Shown in pieces: positions 26,896 to 36,334 of a stretch of DNA of 64,000 nt; position 1 is the stretch's first letter, and each line of letters begins with the position of its first letter. The DNA comes from an uncultured Eubacteriales bacterium. GTDB taxonomy: Bacteria > Bacillota > Clostridia > Oscillospirales > CAG-272. A program made the translations under genes and the position numbers. The notes below the pieces were generated by a model that did no database searches, was not told where the DNA came from, and was given only the letters and a program-made list of their open reading frames with translations. The stretch spans positions 21 to 64,020 of the forward strand of contig CAKSSY010000003.1 of NCBI GenBank assembly GCA_934489945.1, written 5' to 3'.

Positions 26896-29208
26896 ATGGT
26901 AATGTGTGCGAGATGTCATAAAAGAGCCGCTGTGATTTTTATGACGAGAATGGAAGGCGAAAAACGCGTCAATGAAGGACTCTGTCTGACCTGTGCCAAG
27001 GAGATGGGACTGCCGTTGGAAAATCTTTTGGGGGGCTTCATGGATAAAATGGGACTGACACCGGAGCAACTTTCCGAAATGGAACAGCAGTTTGCCGACA
27101 TGACACAGATGAACGATCTCTCCGAAGACGGAGAAGGGGATGGCGAAGAAGGCGGTGCTCCGACATTGGATCTGGCAAAACTGTTCCGTGAAAACGGAGA
27201 AGTTCAAAAGTCGAACGAAACGTCCGATGCCGGTCAGGGAACCGCGGGAGAAAAACCGAAACAGCCAAACAAAAACAAAAAGAATAAGTTTTTGGATGCT
27301 TATTGCACCAATCTGACAAAGCGGGCAAGAGAAGGACAGTTGGATACGATTGTGGGAAGAACCCGCGAACTGGAACGTGTGATTCAGATTCTCTGTCGTC
27401 GTCAGAAAAATAACCCCTGTCTGATCGGAGAACCGGGAGTGGGAAAAACCGCAATTGTGGAGGCTTTGGCACAACGAATCGCGGCAGACACAGTGCCGTA
27501 TAAGCTCAGCGGGAAAGAAGTATATCTGATGGATCTTACGGCTTTGGTCTCGGGGACACAGTTCCGCGGTCAATTTGAAGCTCGTATTCAAGGACTTCTT
27601 AAGGAAGTCAAGGATGCGGGAAACATTATTCTTGTGATTGATGAGGTGCATAATATTGTCGGGGCGGGAGATGCCGAAGGGAGCATGAGTGCCGCGAATA
27701 TGTTGAAACCGGCTTTATCACGAGGGGAAATCCGTGTGATCGGTGCTACGACGCTCAATGAATATCGGAAGTATATCGAAAAGGATACCGCTCTCGAACG
27801 CCGTTTTCAACCCGTTACGGTGAACGAGCCGTCGGTTGCCGATACCATACAGATGTTAAGGGGAATCAAGCACTATTACGAGGACTTCCACTCAATTGTT
27901 ATCCCCGAGGAACTTCTCGAAAGAACCGTAACATTGTCGGAACGATATATAACCGATCGTTATCTGCCTGACAAGGCAATCGATCTGATCGACGAGGCGG
28001 CATCCAGATTGTCACTCAGTTCGGCGGCACTGAACGAGAGCTATAAAATACGAGACAAACTGATCACGCTGAAAGCGGAACGGGAAAAGGAAGAAGCGGC
28101 AACGGTTCCGGAGGACGGCGAGAAGGAACACTACGAGAAAATTGCCGAACTTCGTTCGGAGGAACTTCGCCTTTCGACACACCTGAAGGAAATCGAACCG
28201 GAATGTCGGAATATACGAATGACCGATGAGGACCTTGCCGAAGTCATTGAGATATGGACGGGGATTCCTGCCACCAATATCACTGTTAACGAGTTTGAAA
28301 AGTTGGAAGGACTGGAGGCGCGCCTGAAGCAACACATTATCGGTCAGGATGAAGCGATCTGTGCTGTTGTGCGTGCCATTAAGCGAAACCGTGCGGGAAT
28401 CTCTTATAAACGTAAACCGGTTTCCTTTATTTTTGCTGGACCTACCGGTGTCGGAAAAACCGAACTTGTCAAAACGCTTGCTGCGGATCTTTTCGATTCG
28501 CCCGAGACGCTCATTCGCCTCGATATGTCCGAATTTATGGAGAAACATTCGGTTTCCCGAATCATCGGAGCTCCTCCCGGTTACGTCGGCTATGATGAAG
28601 CGGGGCAACTGACCGAAAAGATCCGTCGCCGACCGTATTCTGTTGTTTTGTTTGATGAGATTGAAAAGGCGCATCCGGATGTGCTCAATGTCCTTCTCCA
28701 GATTTTGGACGACGGCAGAGTGACAGATGCTCATGGAAAAACCGTCAATTTTGAAAATACCGTAATCGTGATGACGACCAATGCCGGATCGGACCATACC
28801 GGAAATCGTGTCGGATTTGAGACTGCTCCCGAAAACGGTGCGAACGCCACTACCGAAAAAGCTCTTTCTGCATTTCTTCGACCGGAATTTCTCAACAGAG
28901 TCGACGAAATCATTACATTCCGTTCGCTGAGTACCGATGACTTTGCAAAGATCGCCGGGATTATGCTCGGACAACTCGCGTCCGCTCTTTCGGAACGGGG
29001 AATTACTTTCCGTTTTGATGAGGAAGCCGAGAGATTTGTTGCCGAGAAGTCTTATTCCCATAAGTTCGGTGCACGGAATATGCGGCGGTATATTCAGACA
29101 CATGTGGAGGATCCGCTTGCCGAGGAAATTATCTCCCATTATCGAGAAAAGATTACACAGGCAACGCTTGGTGTAAAGGATGGTGAACTTCGGATTCTTT
29201 GTATGTAA
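26896..29208 (+). CDS. ClpC/ClpA-class double-AAA+ unfoldase with an N-terminal CxxC...CxxC zinc-ribbon-like segment instead of Clp_N repeats
   Basis: AAA+ modules: GEPGVGKT with IDEVH, and GPTGVGKTE with FDEIEKAH. NRVGFE provides a ClpP-docking VGF-type tripeptide. The N-terminus is MVMCARCHKRAAV...LCLTCAKE. Confidence 0.88.
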   Translation: MVMCARCHKRAAVIFMTRMEGEKRVNEGLCLTCAKEMGLPLENLLGGFMDKMGLTPEQLSEMEQQFADMTQMNDLSEDGEGDGEEGGAPTLDLAKLFRENGEVQKSNETSDAGQGTAGEKPKQPNKNKKNKFLDAYCTNLTKRAREGQLDTIVGRTRELERVIQILCRRQKNNPCLIGEPGVGKTAIVEALAQRIAADTVPYKLSGKEVYLMDLTALVSGTQFRGQFEARIQGLLKEVKDAGNIILVIDEVHNIVGAGDAEGSMSAANMLKPALSRGEIRVIGATTLNEYRKYIEKDTALERRFQPVTVNEPSVADTIQMLRGIKHYYEDFHSIVIPEELLERTVTLSERYITDRYLPDKAIDLIDEAASRLSLSSAALNESYKIRDKLITLKAEREKEEAATVPEDGEKEHYEKIAELRSEELRLSTHLKEIEPECRNIRMTDEDLAEVIEIWTGIPATNITVNEFEKLEGLEARLKQHIIGQDEAICAVVRAIKRNRAGISYKRKPVSFIFAGPTGVGKTELVKTLAADLFDSPETLIRLDMSEFMEKHSVSRIIGAPPGYVGYDEAGQLTEKIRRRPYSVVLFDEIEKAHPDVLNVLLQILDDGRVTDAHGKTVNFENTVIVMTTNAGSDHTGNRVGFETAPENGANATTEKALSAFLRPEFLNRVDEIITFRSLSTDDFAKIAGIMLGQLASALSERGITFRFDEEAERFVAEKSYSHKFGARNMRRYIQTHVEDPLAEEIISHYREKITQATLGVKDGELRILCM

Positions 29209-29259
29209 GCCGCCATTGTTGCATATATTGGTAGTAAAAGCCACAAGGAGGTTTTTATT

Positions 29260-29547
29260 ATGAAATTGTGCAGTACGGCGGATCTGCGGGAAAAGGAGGT
29301 TATTAACCTTTGTGACGGGATGAGGCTCGGTTATGCGACTGATTTTGAGATCGAAATCTGTGAGGCAAGAGTCGTTTCTCTCATAATTCCCGCTGAAACC
29401 GGTTTTTTTGGCTTTCCCAAGGGAGACAGTCTTGTAATTCCGTGGGGAAAGATTGAATGTATCGGTGAGGATACGATTCTCGTGAAGGTGGCACCGGGAG
29501 AACTCATGCACTGTCAGTCAGACAAGAAAAAAAAGAAAAAATGCTGA
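29260..29547 (+). CDS. YlmC/YmxH-family (PRC-barrel) sporulation-associated protein
   Basis: ADLREKEVINLCDGMRLGYATDFEIEICEARVVSLIIP...IPWGKIECIGEDTILV. Confidence 0.8.
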   Translation: MKLCSTADLREKEVINLCDGMRLGYATDFEIEICEARVVSLIIPAETGFFGFPKGDSLVIPWGKIECIGEDTILVKVAPGELMHCQSDKKKKKKC

Positions 29548-29587
29548 CTCAAGATGTAAACAAAATGTAAATACTGCATTTTTCTTG

Positions 29588-29616
29588 TTGAAACAACAGG
29601 AAAAATGTGCTATACT
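29588..29616 (+). promoter_or_regulatory. Promoter of rpsB-tsf (leader of about 117 nt)
   Basis: TTGAAA, 17 nt, TATACT. The leader begins with the hairpin ATGGTTGTTCC-ggaaaaa-GGACAACCAT. Confidence 0.45.
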
Positions 29617-29739
29617 TACATGGTTGTTCCGGAAAAAGGACAACCATAAAATACACACACAGTCGCGTTCAGGGCGGTCGGTGCCGAAAGGTTGACGCAT
29701 GTTGCACTGTGGTGGAAAAACCGAAGGAGGACATGAATC

Positions 29740-30501
29740 ATGTCTGTTGTAACCATCAAGCAGTTGCTTGAAGCAGGTGTCCATTTCGGACATCACACCA
29801 GAAGATGGAACCCCAAAATGGCGGAATACATCTTCACAGAGAGAAACGGAATCTACATTATCGACCTTCAGAAAACCGTGAAGAAGTTTGAGGAAGCGTA
29901 TATGTTTGTCCGTGACCTTGCCGCAGAGGGCGGAACCATTCTGTTTGTCGGAACCAAGAAGCAGGCTGCCGATGCCATCAAGGAAGAGGCAGAGCGTTGC
30001 GGAATGTACTATGTAAATGTACGTTGGCCCGGCGGCATGATGACCAACTTCAAGACCATTCAGCGTTCAATCGGCAGATTGAATAATCTTGAGAAAATGC
30101 AGGAAGACGGTACCTTTGACCTTCTTACTAAGAAGGAGATTGCCGCAAAGCAGAAGGAAATTTTCGATCTGAATAAGAACTACGGCGGTATTAAGACAAT
30201 GAGCACCCTTCCTTCCGCAATCTTCATTGTCGACCCCAGAAAAGAGAGAAATGCCGTTCTTGAGGCAAAGAGACTGGGGATTCCGGTGATTGCCATTGTC
30301 GATACAAACTGCGATCCCGATGATGCTGATTATGTAATTCCCGGAAATGATGACGCAATCCGTGCCATCAAGCTCATCTCTTCTGTACTTGCTGATGCCG
30401 TTATTGAGGGCAAACAGGGTGAACAGACCACGGAGGCAACTTCCACTGAAGAAGTAACCGAGAGTGCAGAGGAAGCTGCTAAGGAAAATGCGGCAGAATA
30501 A
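29740..30501 (+). CDS. rpsB: 30S ribosomal protein S2
   Basis: Starts [39 protein letters not shown]. Confidence 0.97.
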   Translation: MSVVTIKQLLEAGVHFGHHTRRWNPKMAEYIFTERNGIYIIDLQKTVKKFEEAYMFVRDLAAEGGTILFVGTKKQAADAIKEEAERCGMYYVNVRWPGGMMTNFKTIQRSIGRLNNLEKMQEDGTFDLLTKKEIAAKQKEIFDLNKNYGGIKTMSTLPSAIFIVDPRKERNAVLEAKRLGIPVIAIVDTNCDPDDADYVIPGNDDAIRAIKLISSVLADAVIEGKQGEQTTEATSTEEVTESAEEAAKENAAE

Positions 30502-30539
30502 TCCGTAATAAACAAGAAAAGAAAAAGAGGATATAGAAT

Positions 30540-31469
30540 ATGGCTACAATCACCGCAAAAGATGTTGCCGCACTCCGTGCCAAAACCGGTCTTGGTATGA
30601 TGGACTGCAAGAAGGCACTTGTTGAGGCTGACGGCGATATGGAAAAGGCAGTCAAGATTCTTCGCGAAAAGGGACTTGCTACCGCCGCAAAGAAGGAAAG
30701 CAGAATTGCCGCTGAGGGTGTCGTTGACATTCTTACAAAAGGCAATGTTGCCGCTATGATCGAGGTCAATACCGAGACAGACTTTGTTGCCAAGAACGAA
30801 TCATTCAAGGAATTTGTCAAGGGACTTCTGGAGACTATTATTGACAAGAAGCCCGCTGATGTGGATGCTTTGATGAAGCTCCCCTTTGCAGGAACCGAGA
30901 CCACTGTTGAGGCTACTCTCATTGAGAAAATTGCCGTAATCGGTGAAAAAATCAGCATCCGTCGTTTTGTGATTTTTGAGGGCGTTCTTTCCACATATAT
31001 TCACGGTGCCGGTATGGCGGGTGTTATTGTGAAGTTTGAGACAGGGGCAGATGTAACCAACAATGCCGCATTTGCGGAATTTGCAAAGAACATCGCTCTT
31101 CAGCTTGCGGCAGGAAATCCGCCTCAGTATGTCAATAAGGAGGATGTTCCTCAGAGTGCAATCGATGAGGAAAAGTCGGTTCTTGTTGCACAGGCAAAGA
31201 ACGATCCCAAGAATGCCAACAAACCCGATGCGATTCTTGAAAAGATGGTTATGGGCAGACTGGGTAAGTTCTATGAAAGAGTTTGTCTTGTTGAACAGCC
31301 TTATGTCAAGGATGATGAGTTGACTGTTGCTAAGTATGTTGCCAAGACTGCTAAGGAACTGGGTACTGATATCAAGATTGTCAGCTTCAGCCTCTTTGAA
31401 AAGGGCGAGGGCATTCAGAAGAGAGAAGAAAACTTTGCTGAGGAAATTGCCAAACTTGCCAATAAGTAA
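30540..31469 (+). CDS. tsf: Translation elongation factor Ts
   Basis: Starts MATITAKDVAALRAKTGLGMMDCKKALVEADGDMEKAVKILREKG. Follows rpsB. Confidence 0.97.
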   Translation: MATITAKDVAALRAKTGLGMMDCKKALVEADGDMEKAVKILREKGLATAAKKESRIAAEGVVDILTKGNVAAMIEVNTETDFVAKNESFKEFVKGLLETIIDKKPADVDALMKLPFAGTETTVEATLIEKIAVIGEKISIRRFVIFEGVLSTYIHGAGMAGVIVKFETGADVTNNAAFAEFAKNIALQLAAGNPPQYVNKEDVPQSAIDEEKSVLVAQAKNDPKNANKPDAILEKMVMGRLGKFYERVCLVEQPYVKDDELTVAKYVAKTAKELGTDIKIVSFSLFEKGEGIQKREENFAEEIAKLANK

Positions 31470-31483
31470 TTTCAAAATACTTG

Positions 31484-31519
31484 AAAGCAGGAACTTTTTG
31501 AAAGTTCCTGCTTTTTTTG
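31484..31519 (+). terminator. Intrinsic terminator after tsf
   Basis: AAAGCAGGAACTTT-ttga-AAGTTCCTGCTTT followed by TTTTTGT. Confidence 0.8.
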
Positions 31520-31528
31520 TCAAACCTC

Positions 31529-31557
31529 TTGACAAGAGGCATTTTTGCCGATATAAT
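31529..31557 (+). promoter_or_regulatory. Promoter of the GntR-ABC-permease operon
   Basis: TTGACA (31529-31534), 17 nt, TATAAT (31552-31557). Confidence 0.55.
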
Positions 31558-31560
31558 ATA

Positions 31561-31585
31561 ACTGTACTATGATTCATAGTACAGT
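31561..31585. promoter_or_regulatory. Perfect 12-bp inverted repeat: candidate autoregulatory operator of the YtrA-type GntR regulator
   Basis: ACTGTACTATGA-t-TCATAGTACAGT. Starts 4 nt after the -10 box and so covers the expected transcription start. It contains the GT..AC core typical of GntR operators. Confidence 0.55.
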
Positions 31586-31602
31586 TGAAGTGAGGTGAAA
31601 GG

Positions 31603-31983
31603 ATGTTAGTAATTGATAAAATATCCAGAAAGCCAATTTATGAGCAGCTTGTTGACGGTTTGGAACGGGAAATTGTAACGGGTTTGTTGCAACCACAGAC
31701 ACAACTGCCGTCGATTCGCGAGCTGTCGGCGACGCTCGGTGTAAACCCCAATACGGTACAGAGGGCGTTGCAGGAGCTTGACAGAATCGGAATTGTTGTA
31801 GCGGCTCCGGGACGAGGTGTGTTTGTAGCCGATGATGCCCCTACAATCATTCGGAGAAGAATGTCGACAAAAATTGCCGAGATACGGGATATTGCCGCGG
31901 AACTGGCACGTGCAGGGGTTGAAATGGAGTCGGTTCTGAATGTCGTTCAAGAGGCATACGGTCAAACCGGGAAAAATTCATAG
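31603..31983 (+). CDS. GntR-family transcriptional regulator, YtrA subfamily (short, 126 aa)
   Basis: Winged HTH: PIYEQLVDGLEREIVTGLLQPQTQLPSIRELSATLGVNPNTVQRALQELDRIGIV. Confidence 0.85.
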   Translation: MLVIDKISRKPIYEQLVDGLEREIVTGLLQPQTQLPSIRELSATLGVNPNTVQRALQELDRIGIVVAAPGRGVFVADDAPTIIRRRMSTKIAEIRDIAAELARAGVEMESVLNVVQEAYGQTGKNS

Positions 31984-31999
31984 AGAGCGAGGAAATATC

Positions 32000-32899
32000 A
32001 TGATTTGTGCAGAAAATATAAACATGAAATTCGACGATTTTGCCGCGCTGAAAAATCTGAACTGTAAGATACCGGATGGTTGCATTTACGGTCTTGTCGG
32101 AAGCAATGGTGCGGGGAAATCCACATTTTTAAGACTTATCAGCGGTATTTACCGTCCCATGAGCGGCAGTGTGACTTTTGACGGACAGCCGGTTTATGAA
32201 AACCCGGCGGTAAAAAACAAAATTCTGTTTGTGCCGGATGAACTGTACTTTCTTCCGCAGTCCAATATGTTGCGGATGGCAAAGTTGTATGGTGCGGTTT
32301 ATCGGAATTTCAGTATGGAGCGTTTTTGGAATCTTGTGAAGACTTTTGGACTTGATCCGAAGGCCAACATCGGGACTTTTTCCAAGGGAATGAAGCGACA
32401 GGCAAGTACCATTCTCGCGCTGTCCGCTATGTCGGAGTATTTGTTTTTCGATGAAACCTTTGACGGACTGGATCCTGTGATGCGGAATCTTGTCAAGCAG
32501 GTGATTTATAATGATGTTATGGAGCGTAAGACAACGACGATTATTACTTCACACTCGCTCCGGGAACTGGAGGATACCTGCGATCAGCTTGCTCTGCTTC
32601 ATAAAGGCGGCATTGTTTTTGAAAGCGATATTCAGAACCTCAAAACACAGCTTTTCAAGGTTCAGGTTGCTTTTGGGGAGGCGTTTGACAAGAGTCGTTT
32701 CGCAGCAGTGGAAATGCTGAATTATTCGCAGGTCGGCTCGGTTGCTACCTTTATTGCTCGAGGCGACAGGGAGGAAGTAGTCACTCTGATTCGAAAGATG
32801 AATCCGATTCTTTTGGATGTGCTTCCGCTGAATCTTGAGGAAGTGTTTGTGTATGAGATGGAGGCACTCGGTTACGCCTTCAAGGAAATTGTAATGTGA
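32000..32899 (+). CDS. ABC transporter ATP-binding protein
   Basis: ATG 32000 follows GAGGAAA. Contains GSNGAGKST, FSKGMKRQ and FFDETFDGLD. Confidence 0.88.
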   Translation: MICAENINMKFDDFAALKNLNCKIPDGCIYGLVGSNGAGKSTFLRLISGIYRPMSGSVTFDGQPVYENPAVKNKILFVPDELYFLPQSNMLRMAKLYGAVYRNFSMERFWNLVKTFGLDPKANIGTFSKGMKRQASTILALSAMSEYLFFDETFDGLDPVMRNLVKQVIYNDVMERKTTTIITSHSLRELEDTCDQLALLHKGGIVFESDIQNLKTQLFKVQVAFGEAFDKSRFAAVEMLNYSQVGSVATFIARGDREEVVTLIRKMNPILLDVLPLNLEEVFVYEMEALGYAFKEIVM

Positions 32900-32911
32900 G
32901 GAGGGAAGCAC

Positions 32912-35008
32912 ATGAAACAGTATTTTTCTTTGAGGTTGTATCTGGAGGGACTCAAACGGATTAAGATTGCCGGGATTGCGGCATCTATTGCCGTGATCTT
33001 GCTGAATGCCGCACTTCCTGTTATCCAAATTATGGATAATAAATGGAGCTATTTTCGCGGAGAGCGGAGCGTGACTTCTGTCGCGCCGGGCGAATTTATG
33101 CCGTTTAGCTGTCTGTTGCTGATTTTTTCGGCAGTGTTTGTTTATTCTATGTTTTCCTATCTGAATGAGAGAAACCGTTCCGACTTCTTTCATGCGATTC
33201 CGCAAAAGCGGTTATGTGTGTACCTGAGTTTTTTGGCAGCGATTCTTTCTTGGATTGCCGCAATTTTGCTTGCCAGTACGATTGTCAATACCGTTCTTTA
33301 CGGATTTGCAAAATTTTATACCGTGAATCTTTCGGTGATTTTTGTTACGCCGTTGGTGTATCTGCTCGGATGCACTATGATTGTCGGATTTATGGCACTT
33401 GCCATGACCTTGACGGGAACGGTTGTGTCCAATTTGCTGATCTTCACGCTTTTGCTTCTGTTTGTGCGTACAGTGGGACAGATCTTTATTACCTGTTTGG
33501 AAGAATTGGCTCCTGTTGTGGAGATCGAAAGTTCGTTTCTGCGCTTTTTCCGAATCGATTTCTTTCTTCCGTTTTCGTTGTTCACGGTTTCGTTGAGCAC
33601 GGCAGATAACTGTTTTGGCAACGGACCTTTGTTGCTGTATTCGTTGGGAGTGGCGTTGTTATTGCTCGTTCTCGGTGGCGTGGTTTATGTTTTCCGCAGA
33701 AGCGAGACGGCTACCAAGAGCGCACCGAATAAAGTGATGCAACATATTTACCGCAGTGCTGTAACGCTTCCGTTCTTTTTGTTGTTGGTTATGAATTATA
33801 TTTGCAACGGCTTTTTTGAGCCTTCGCTCATGACAATCCTTTTCATTTTGGCAATTCTCGTCTATTGCATTTTTGAATTGATGACGACAAAAAAGATTCG
33901 GATGCTTGTTAAGGCATTGCCGCTGATTGTGATACCGATTGCTCTGTCGGCTGTTTTTACGGGAGCGGTGTACCTTGAACGCAACGCAATTTTGAACGAT
34001 ATTCCCACTGTGGATGAAATTGCATCGGTTGGCACTTATACGCCAGACAGGGTATACAGTCACACCTATCATGAACTTCGAACCGTGGATTGTACCGTGG
34101 AAAACGAAGAGGCGAGGGCGATTGTGCAACGGGCATTGACAAAAACCGTAGACGAAATCCGCAACGAGCCACAATCTTATCCGGGACAAAAAGAAGAATA
34201 CTGGCAGACGATTACGGTCAGAATTTGTCTGAAGAACGGAAGGAAAATGGGCAGAGTAGTCAAGATGTCGGCAGATGAGTACAAACGCTTCCATGAATTG
34301 CTTTTGGAATCGGACGAATATATCAATGGGTATCTGGCATTGCCGGACAGTCGCGAGGTCGATTCTGTCCGCACAGCCGGTTTTTCGGTCAACGATGAGG
34401 CGGCAAAGCGTTTGTGGGCAAGTTTTCTTCTGGAATACAGCGCACTGACAAAGGAACAGAAAATCGCGTATCATGATATTGATGAATATAATGATACGGC
34501 ATCGGTCGGAACACTCATTGTGGACGGTATGTATCGGTTCGTCTCGTTTCGTTCTCAGTATCGGATATATTATGAATACACGCCGAAAACCGCGCAGATG
34601 TTGCTTGAGGCGAAGGAACAATGCGGATGGTTATTCTTTGATACCGAAGAAATCGATGTTTATAAAAAGTGCTTAGCGGACACAGAGCGAAGTTATGACA
34701 TTCGGTTTGAAATGACATATTTGAACGGGAAATATGTAGAAGAGGTCGATTTCTTTGTGGGAAACAGCAAAACGCTTCCGAGAGAGGATGTCATCGGAAT
34801 TTTGGACTTTATCACCGCTCGTGCCGGGATTTCTTCCTATTCGGCAGACAAAAATCTGGTGCACCTTTCGATCGGCTTTTATTCGGCAGACAAAGATATC
34901 GGAGCGATGAGCACACTGGATGAGAGTGACGGAATTGATGCGGTTGTGTTTTTCCGTGACGAAGATCTTGAGGAACTGCGGGCGAAACTGGAACCGCTTG
35001 TCAAGTAA
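32912..35008 (+). CDS. Large membrane protein: ABC-2-like permease region (about 340 aa, multiple TM segments) fused to a C-terminal soluble domain of about 350 aa and unknown function
   Basis: Follows the ABC ATPase. The N-terminal half is hydrophobic. The C-terminal half (from about DIPTVDEIASVG) is hydrophilic, and I recognise no family. Confidence 0.65.
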   Translation: MKQYFSLRLYLEGLKRIKIAGIAASIAVILLNAALPVIQIMDNKWSYFRGERSVTSVAPGEFMPFSCLLLIFSAVFVYSMFSYLNERNRSDFFHAIPQKRLCVYLSFLAAILSWIAAILLASTIVNTVLYGFAKFYTVNLSVIFVTPLVYLLGCTMIVGFMALAMTLTGTVVSNLLIFTLLLLFVRTVGQIFITCLEELAPVVEIESSFLRFFRIDFFLPFSLFTVSLSTADNCFGNGPLLLYSLGVALLLLVLGGVVYVFRRSETATKSAPNKVMQHIYRSAVTLPFFLLLVMNYICNGFFEPSLMTILFILAILVYCIFELMTTKKIRMLVKALPLIVIPIALSAVFTGAVYLERNAILNDIPTVDEIASVGTYTPDRVYSHTYHELRTVDCTVENEEARAIVQRALTKTVDEIRNEPQSYPGQKEEYWQTITVRICLKNGRKMGRVVKMSADEYKRFHELLLESDEYINGYLALPDSREVDSVRTAGFSVNDEAAKRLWASFLLEYSALTKEQKIAYHDIDEYNDTASVGTLIVDGMYRFVSFRSQYRIYYEYTPKTAQMLLEAKEQCGWLFFDTEEIDVYKKCLADTERSYDIRFEMTYLNGKYVEEVDFFVGNSKTLPREDVIGILDFITARAGISSYSADKNLVHLSIGFYSADKDIGAMSTLDESDGIDAVVFFRDEDLEELRAKLEPLVK

Positions 35009-35025
35009 AAATATTACTCGTAAAA

Positions 35026-35070
35026 AGAACACCTCTGAAGCCTCGGCTTCAAAGGTGTTCTGTGTTTTGT
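35026..35070. terminator. Bidirectional terminator between convergent genes
   Basis: AGAACACCTCTGAAGC-ctcg-GCTTCAAAGGTGTTCT (one mismatch) followed by GTGTTTTGTT. An A-run precedes it for the opposite strand. Confidence 0.65.
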
Positions 35071-35076
35071 TGAAAA

Positions 35077-36180
35077 TTATAAGAACATTGCCACAAGTGT
35101 CAGAGTCCCGAGAAACAAAAGATTCAGTCCGGCAAAAATTTTCAGATACTTTCCGATTTTGTAAGGCTCGCGGAGCGAGTATTCGCGAAAGGTGATAAGA
35201 CTGGCGAGGGAGGCAATCAGGGTTCCTGTTCCGCCGATATTGACGCCGAGCAAAAGCGCGCGGTAATTGTCGGTGAATTGCGAAAGAAGAATGGAGGTAG
35301 GTACATTGCTGATAATCTGACAGGAGAGAATGGAGATCAAAAGCGTGTTTTTTGCCAGAACTTTGACGAGAAGGCTGTGAACCAGTTCTATTCGCGAAAG
35401 ATTTCCGGCAAAAATAAAGAAACAGACAAATGTCATCAGAAGTGCGTAGTCGACGCACTGTAGTGCTTTCCGATCAAGAACAAGGAGTGCAAGGAGAACA
35501 ACGGCGGTGCCGATCAGATAGGGAACCGCACGAAAGACAACGGAAATGGAAAGGGCAAACAGAACAAGGTACAAAATCGTCCGTACCCGCGGCAATCGGT
35601 AATTGTCCTGTTCGGGCAGTTCGATTTTTTCGCTTTTTACAAAGCAACAACAGATTACAATCAGAATTGTCGCCGTCAGGAAGGGCGGAAACATAATGCC
35701 GAGAAATTCGCCTGTCGGAATATGGAAACGGGAGTAGAGATAGAGGTTCTGCGGGTTGCCGAACGGCGTCAGCATACCGCCGAGATTGGCGGCAATGTTT
35801 TGCATGACAAAGACAAATGCCATATAATCCCGCTTTCCCGTAGAGGAGAGAACATAATATCCGAGCGGCAGAAAGGTGATAAGTGCCATATCGTTGGCGA
35901 TGAGCATAGAGCCGACGAAGGTGATGAATACAAGAGCCAGTACCGCACTTCGGAGGTTTCCGGTGGCGTGAACAATCGAACGTGCGAGAAAGGTGAAAAA
36001 ACGAATGTTTTTCAGCGCACAAATGACTGCCAGTGTGCAGAAAAGACAGGCAAGTGTTTTGAAATCAAAATAGGATTTATAGTTGCTGTCCGGCGGAACA
36101 AGGAAGGATGTGATGAGAGCCAGGCAGAACGCAATGGTCAGAACAAGATTGGCTTTGAGAAAACGTATGATTTTCAGCAT
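35077..36180 (-). CDS. ArsB/NhaD-superfamily (CitMHS/SLC13-like) anion permease
   Basis: Polytopic. Contains MLIANDMALITFLP and NLGGMLTPFGNPQNLYL, typical of this permease superfamily. Confidence 0.7.
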   Translation of the reverse strand: MLKIIRFLKANLVLTIAFCLALITSFLVPPDSNYKSYFDFKTLACLFCTLAVICALKNIRFFTFLARSIVHATGNLRSAVLALVFITFVGSMLIANDMALITFLPLGYYVLSSTGKRDYMAFVFVMQNIAANLGGMLTPFGNPQNLYLYSRFHIPTGEFLGIMFPPFLTATILIVICCCFVKSEKIELPEQDNYRLPRVRTILYLVLFALSISVVFRAVPYLIGTAVVLLALLVLDRKALQCVDYALLMTFVCFFIFAGNLSRIELVHSLLVKVLAKNTLLISILSCQIISNVPTSILLSQFTDNYRALLLGVNIGGTGTLIASLASLITFREYSLREPYKIGKYLKIFAGLNLLFLGTLTLVAMFL

Positions 36181-36271
36181 AATGCCTCACAATATTAAAG
36201 TTAATGTCGAAACAAGTATATACTTCTGTGAAAAAAAGTCAAGAGGTTTTGCCAAAAAAGACCTGTGGTGC

Positions 36272-36300
36272 TTTACAAATGATCGGAAATGTGCTAAAAT
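36272..36300 (+). promoter_or_regulatory. Promoter of the flippase gene
   Basis: TTTACA, 17 nt, TAAAAT. Confidence 0.4.
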
Positions 36301-36334
36301 AAATCGAAATTGCCATTGACGGAAAGGAAAACCA

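Noticed and set aside
29617-29739. A possible ribosomal protein S2 autoregulatory leader upstream of rpsB.
   Set aside because: A hairpin (ATGGTTGTTCC/GGACAACCAT) is present. I know of an rpsB leader motif only from Gammaproteobacteria and cannot test covariation here, so I report only the promoter.
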